Part shown: positions 32,590-37,674 of the stretch, piece after piece | Position numbering within the stretch: the stretch's first letter is position 1 | How the letters are laid out: each line of letters opens with the position of its first letter | Origin: Catajapyx aquilonaris | Taxonomy: Eukaryota | Direction of reading: 5' to 3' | DNA length: 37,674 nt | Assembly: GCA_000934665.2 (NCBI GenBank) | Contig: KZ538980.1 | Span: 1-37,674 of the forward strand | Translations under genes and position numbers: made by a program | The notes under the pieces: generated by a model | Seen by the model: only the letters and a program-made list of their open reading frames with translations | Told to the model about the DNA's origin: nothing | Database searches by the model: none

Positions 32590-34440
32590 TAATGACCTAT
32601 TTGTAATATGCCTTCCATTTTTTTCTTGAAATGTGGACCACGCCCCGAATATTCGCATTGGTTCAAAATGCCACCTTCTCGATCGTAGGAGGCCTTCATG
32701 ACGTTAGTGTTTAGCAGGCTAGAAGAATACAGCTGATACTGACAGTGGCGATAGTAATAATAAGAAGACCATAAATACAAAAGGATCAGAGTCGCATCTT
32801 ACTGATTTCGGTTGGATGACCCTTTATGGGGTGAATATTTTTTTATAAATATCTCTAGCTGGGTGTAATTTTTCTATCTGATTTTTCTATACCTTTGAGG
32901 GCGAAGGAAGGTGCATAGTTTTCTGTCAGTTTTCTGCTAGAGCTAATTGAACTTTCAAACTTCAAATCCCCATATCTCAAAATCACTCTAAAAATCATTC
33001 AAAACATTCGTTAGAAGCTAAAAAACTGCATAACAAACAGTACTCGCACATAATAGAAAACTACGCTGATTGCAATGCTCCACTTTCAGCAGTCCACCTT
33101 TGTTTGGAATTACGTTTTGATAATAACTAACGGATGACTACTGTTTGAAAGTAAAGTTTGACAAACTCCAGCTCTGTTTGATACAGTCTCCCCCTGTATA
33201 TGTCCGGTGAGAGTGTCCTAGACTGAAGGAAATGAGATTGCTTGGGCAAGTGAAAGGTGGTGGCAGGGTGAGTAGTACCTGTCCAAAAGTGCAGGTAATT
33301 AATTTTGATTAGGTCGAAGGGGAAAGGTGGATGGAACACCTTTTCTTGATGGGATTGCATCCGGGGTGAATCCCAAGCGTCAGAGGAAGCCAATTCCCAC
33401 CCAAATCCAGATAAACCTTTTCCCCAAATCCGCGAGAGTGCAGCTGAGAGGAGGGGGTGAGGGAGAGGGAGAGAGAGAGAGAGGACTCTCAAATATCCAA
33501 CTTCTTTTTCTGCATCCCGAAGGGCAAAAGATCAAACGCCCATTTGACCCTCCCACACCCACCTCCTTTTCCCCTTACCGCCCGTCCTTTTTCGGGTGTG
33601 CAGGCTTATTGGTTTGACTGGGATCGAGCTTTTCTTCCCCTCTTCAACAAAGCTCTCACACCAGCCTGCCAAATAATAGCGCTCTTTTCTACCACCACCC
33701 ACTCCCACCCCCTTCACCAATCCAAAAAAATATGAAAAAGGAGCAAGCAGACCAAAAATATTGAGCAAACTTGATGGAATAGTGTACTTGCAGTATAAGC
33801 TGGAGACAGTGTCTGTCTTCTTCACCCATGCCCCCCCTCCCTCCGCCAAGCTTCACCTGGTCAAACAGGCAGTCAATTTGAGTCATGTCAACAAGGTCTG
33901 GCTGGACCCCTCGGGAGTCAGGCCCGCAAGGTGATTTTTCTCTGGTCGTCCAAGATTATTCACTTCAATCTCCAAAGGTCTGCTGGAAAATTCAAAGTCT
34001 TGGAGTTTCTGTTCTGAAAGGAATATGTGCTCAATATAATGGAAGTGTGACAATATTAATAATTGTGGTATGGTGACAGAGTGAAGGACATTCACTCTCC
34101 TCCATTGTTCAGCATTGTGCAGCCTATAAAGCTAAGCACAGGTNNNNNNNCCCCCCCATTATAGATTTGGCTTAGGACAAATCTGATTTTTGTTGGGTTA
34201 AGCAGCTTTGCCTCAGAGGCTTCTCTAGTAGTAATTAAGCTAATTATTGTAATTAACAATGTAATATTTCTGCGGACCAGTGGGATGGCAAGGTTCCTGA
34301 GTGAGGACAGGAAGGAGAGAGGGTAATTAAGGGATATTCTGCCCGGAAAAAATCCTTTGGTGCAGGACCTGCTCTGACTTTTGAACACTCTGGCCAGTGA
34401 GAAATGGAGATCCTTTTTGTTGCATAATGTCGGGTTATGA
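32590..34440 (-). mobile_element. Second highly decayed LINE ORF2 relic
   Basis: Faint ordered motifs: AIPLVRRNI (APE-like), DRHCLQLI (SDH-like), NVMKASYDREGGIL (D..KAYD-like). Boundaries approximate. Confidence 0.35.
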
Positions 34441-36413
34441 TTCATTTATCAATCTGTGACATACCGTACACAAGTAGCATGCACTGGTAGAGCCACACCA
34501 AGTTTGCTTATTTATGTAACTGGTACTTATTAATTATTTCTACAGTATAGCTCCTGCGAGTGAAGCCACTGGAATTCCAGCTGGTGCACTGTAAAAATGA
34601 AGATATTAGTACGTTCTTGGTGGAAACATACGTCTATCGATATGGTGTATCTGCGCAGGTCATGCAGGTAAACGTTATTAATAAAGTTATGTTATTGCGA
34701 TGTAGTTTTTAGAGGGTATTATGTAAACGTTTTCAGACTAAACGGCCCTTTTTAGTAACATGCCAATATTTTAGCTGATGGGCCACTATGCATGTTTATA
34801 TTAATAGGGGAACACTTCTGGGTTTGACAATGACACTTATTAAACATTTTAAGCTCAGTGATCGTAATTATAACAATACTACCGGTACCTATATTTTAAC
34901 CAACATTATTACAAGAACTTTTATCTCATTTATATCTTTGTCACATATTTCATTTTGCATGGCATTTATTTCTCTCGATGTGTTTTATGCGATAAATTTA
35001 CTACAATAATAGACCTATAGTATATAATAATGCGAGAGAGACGTTATTCTTTTCACATATTCAGTGGCGCACTCTGTTGTCCCAAGCAAAAACCAGTAGG
35101 CCTATATACAGTCCTTGTTATAACCATGTAACTGAAGAAAACTATATACATAATTCCCCTTCATGAGTCCGTCCCTTCAAGCATTGAAAACCGGTGCACC
35201 GGGTTTTGTTGCTTTTCTCAGCCTTGTTTCTTTTTCTGGACAATCAATAAAATTCAGAGAGAGTTTCAAATGTCATGTTTACTACAAAAATAAGATTAGA
35301 GCTACGGGGATTATCACGACTCGCTCGTGTTCTCTACTCCACAAGTTAGTGCTTTTCAGCATGTAGTATACAGTAACACTGCAACATTAAGTGAAGAGTT
35401 TTTTTGTTTAATTTCTTTGTTCATATCTGTGGTCATTGATCAGCTCTACACAGGTGCTGCTGACGTATTCACATACTGCAGCCTATCAGATTTCACCATA
35501 TACGTGAACTATAGTCAGTGCAAAGCTTTTTGAGAAAAACTGGCCGCGTAAAAAAATATGTAGGCTAACAAAATTGTGATGCCAGGCCTTTCTGGAGCAT
35601 GTGCCGAAAGTAATATAACGGCATAATATTATATATTAGACAAACTGTACATTCATCCTTAGAATAACACTGATGTCGCAACTCGCAAGGCTTTGTTAGT
35701 AACATTTTTGATATTGTTCAATAACGATATTCCTGAGTCTTTCATGCAGTATAATTCGGTCTTTGGTTAACAAAAATGAACTTATAGAATTCATTAGGAG
35801 CAATATGTGTTGTAACTCTACATGTTATGTCTCATAGTCCCATAACATCCATTAACATGTTAGCCTACTCTCAGTCAAGATTATCTGCAGATGATGCGTA
35901 TCATAATATTATAGACCGAGACATTGTAATATGAAGTAGTGTTAATGTGTGTGTGAATATATCGCTTCATGTTGTAAGTAATTACATTGCGTATTTACCT
36001 ATAGTGGCACTTTCCTTGCAAATTATTTTCACACTATTAGTATTTCACCATTGTTTGATCTATATAGTGGTAAGGAAGGGGACCTAACTTGAAAATTCAA
36101 ATTCCTCTCAGGGAATTGTTGCAGGAGCCACGTAGGTGAACTCATTAAGCTCCACCTTTATAATCGACCTGATACATTATTGCCACATAAAATAATGTGT
36201 TTGATATGCATCACAGTCACTCTTTTTTTTAGGCTGCTGAGCCATCCTATCCTGTACAAGGATTGGAATAGGTCAGAAGGATGGCTGATAATGGGCCGAC
36301 AGGAGGATCGCATAATGGATTTTGGCGCCAGTAATAATCCCTAGGGCCGCAACGACACTCATTCCCTTAGGATATACAAGCTTCCACATCGGTGTATACA
36401 TTTTACACCATAA

Positions 36414-36436
36414 ACACACACACACACACACCCACA
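36414..36436. repeat. (CA)n microsatellite
   Basis: acacacacacacacacacccacac run. Confidence 0.8.
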
Positions 36437-37629
36437 CCAGCATGAGAAATGAGCCGCATGGTACCCTCTTGTTTCTCTGATGAACACTCGGCGCGAATTA
36501 TAAATCCATTCTTTGGTCAGCTTCCCAGCACGAAACAACACTTGGATTATTTAGGCCGGCACTAGAACTCATCCTGTCAAGTGTATTGTTTTACTCGGTG
36601 ATGTACTTGTACAGATCAGGTTTCCCCAGACTGCGGGTGTAGCCTGTGCTCGCTGACCAGACCAGCCGACACCTCGCACATCTCTCAGGCTGCTGCATGG
36701 CCTAATCATTTCCCTGCCTGGGTCCTTTCCACCAAATTTTGTTGGTGCCGGTTCTGGCAATTATGGGCACCAGTTTTATGGTTCGAGTCTCTGTGCGTAA
36801 ATTATCGGCTCTATGCAAGTCTGCCAGATGCTTGCAAATGAGTAAATGATGCGTGTTCTGTCGAGCTGCGGCTTAAAGGGCACCACTGGGACATGCGGTG
36901 CTTTTGAATTTTACTTGAAAACGAGCTCTTCATAGCCTCCGGAATAGTATACCGGGTGCTACAGAAAGCGGCTACAGATATGTATTGTGGAATTCTCACT
37001 TATGAACCTGAATTATGTTGGCAATCCTGCAAATGAATATTAGGCCTAGTAGGACATGTAATGGTTCACATGCATTACATATGCACGATTGATGGGAGAA
37101 CCAAAATAATTTTGTAGTCCCTGGCCTGTGTACAAAGGTGCAACAATTATTAGGTTAGGTTAGTTATAATGAATCAAAAACGAACTTTTTCACTGAACTC
37201 AGTAGGCTCTACGCTATATCATTTTACGTAGAGATAGGCCTTAGTACAGTACGTTTCAGTTCATAAACTCTCTCGTTCGTACAGATTCAGTGTGCTATAG
37301 CATAGGTATAAGCAAGCCGGAAGGGCTCCAGTCCCCCGGAAGCCCCCACCCCTCAACCCAAACTCTCCCGTCTCCGACCCCAGTCTCCCCTAACCCTCGA
37401 CCCGCTACCCCCCCCCCCCACCCTCCAGCACCCAGAATCTGTTTGGCATGTTTTCCTCCTCTTTTCCGGACCACGTGTTGTCAATCTCCTGGATCCCCGA
37501 ACTCACTGAATACGTCCATGTTATTGTCGCCAGAGGAGCCACAGCCCACCTCTTGGCTCCCTATTGGCTCCTTTGCTTACGCGGGGAAAAATAGAATTAT
37601 TTCGATTTGAGCAGAACTTACCTACTACG

Positions 37630-37674
37630 TATCCAAGGGGGGGGAGGGGAGGTCCACGGGGGTCATGACCCCCC
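37630..37674 (+). mobile_element. Probable left end of a hAT MITE related to 20234-20545, cut by the window edge
   Basis: tccacgggggtcatgaccccc is identical to 20244-20264. Confidence 0.6.

Noticed and set aside
36220..36360. T-run plus agccatcct...aggatggct hairpin, possible retroposon 3' tail
   Set aside because: No head, TSD or second copy seen

Overview
Eukaryotic (animal, probably invertebrate) genomic DNA, not prokaryotic. The only recognisable host gene is a + strand, intron-rich glycerol kinase (coding exons 4202-8260). Its first exon is not visible in the window. It has one GC-AG intron and two candidate terminal exons, one acidic/soluble and one transmembrane. The remaining ~33 kb is transposon-derived: hAT, PIF/Harbinger, Tc1/mariner and Sola-like MITEs, non-autonomous Helitrons plus a RepHel helicase remnant, several tRNA-derived SINEs with swapped modules, and decayed LINEs. 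The most unusual signal is a set of mutually unrelated, near-perfect 100-320 bp palindromes with 0-7 nt loops. They lack standard transposon termini, and several sit inside older elements. There is also a ~3.5 kb inverted duplication whose two arms each received a different insertion. All alignments were done by eye.
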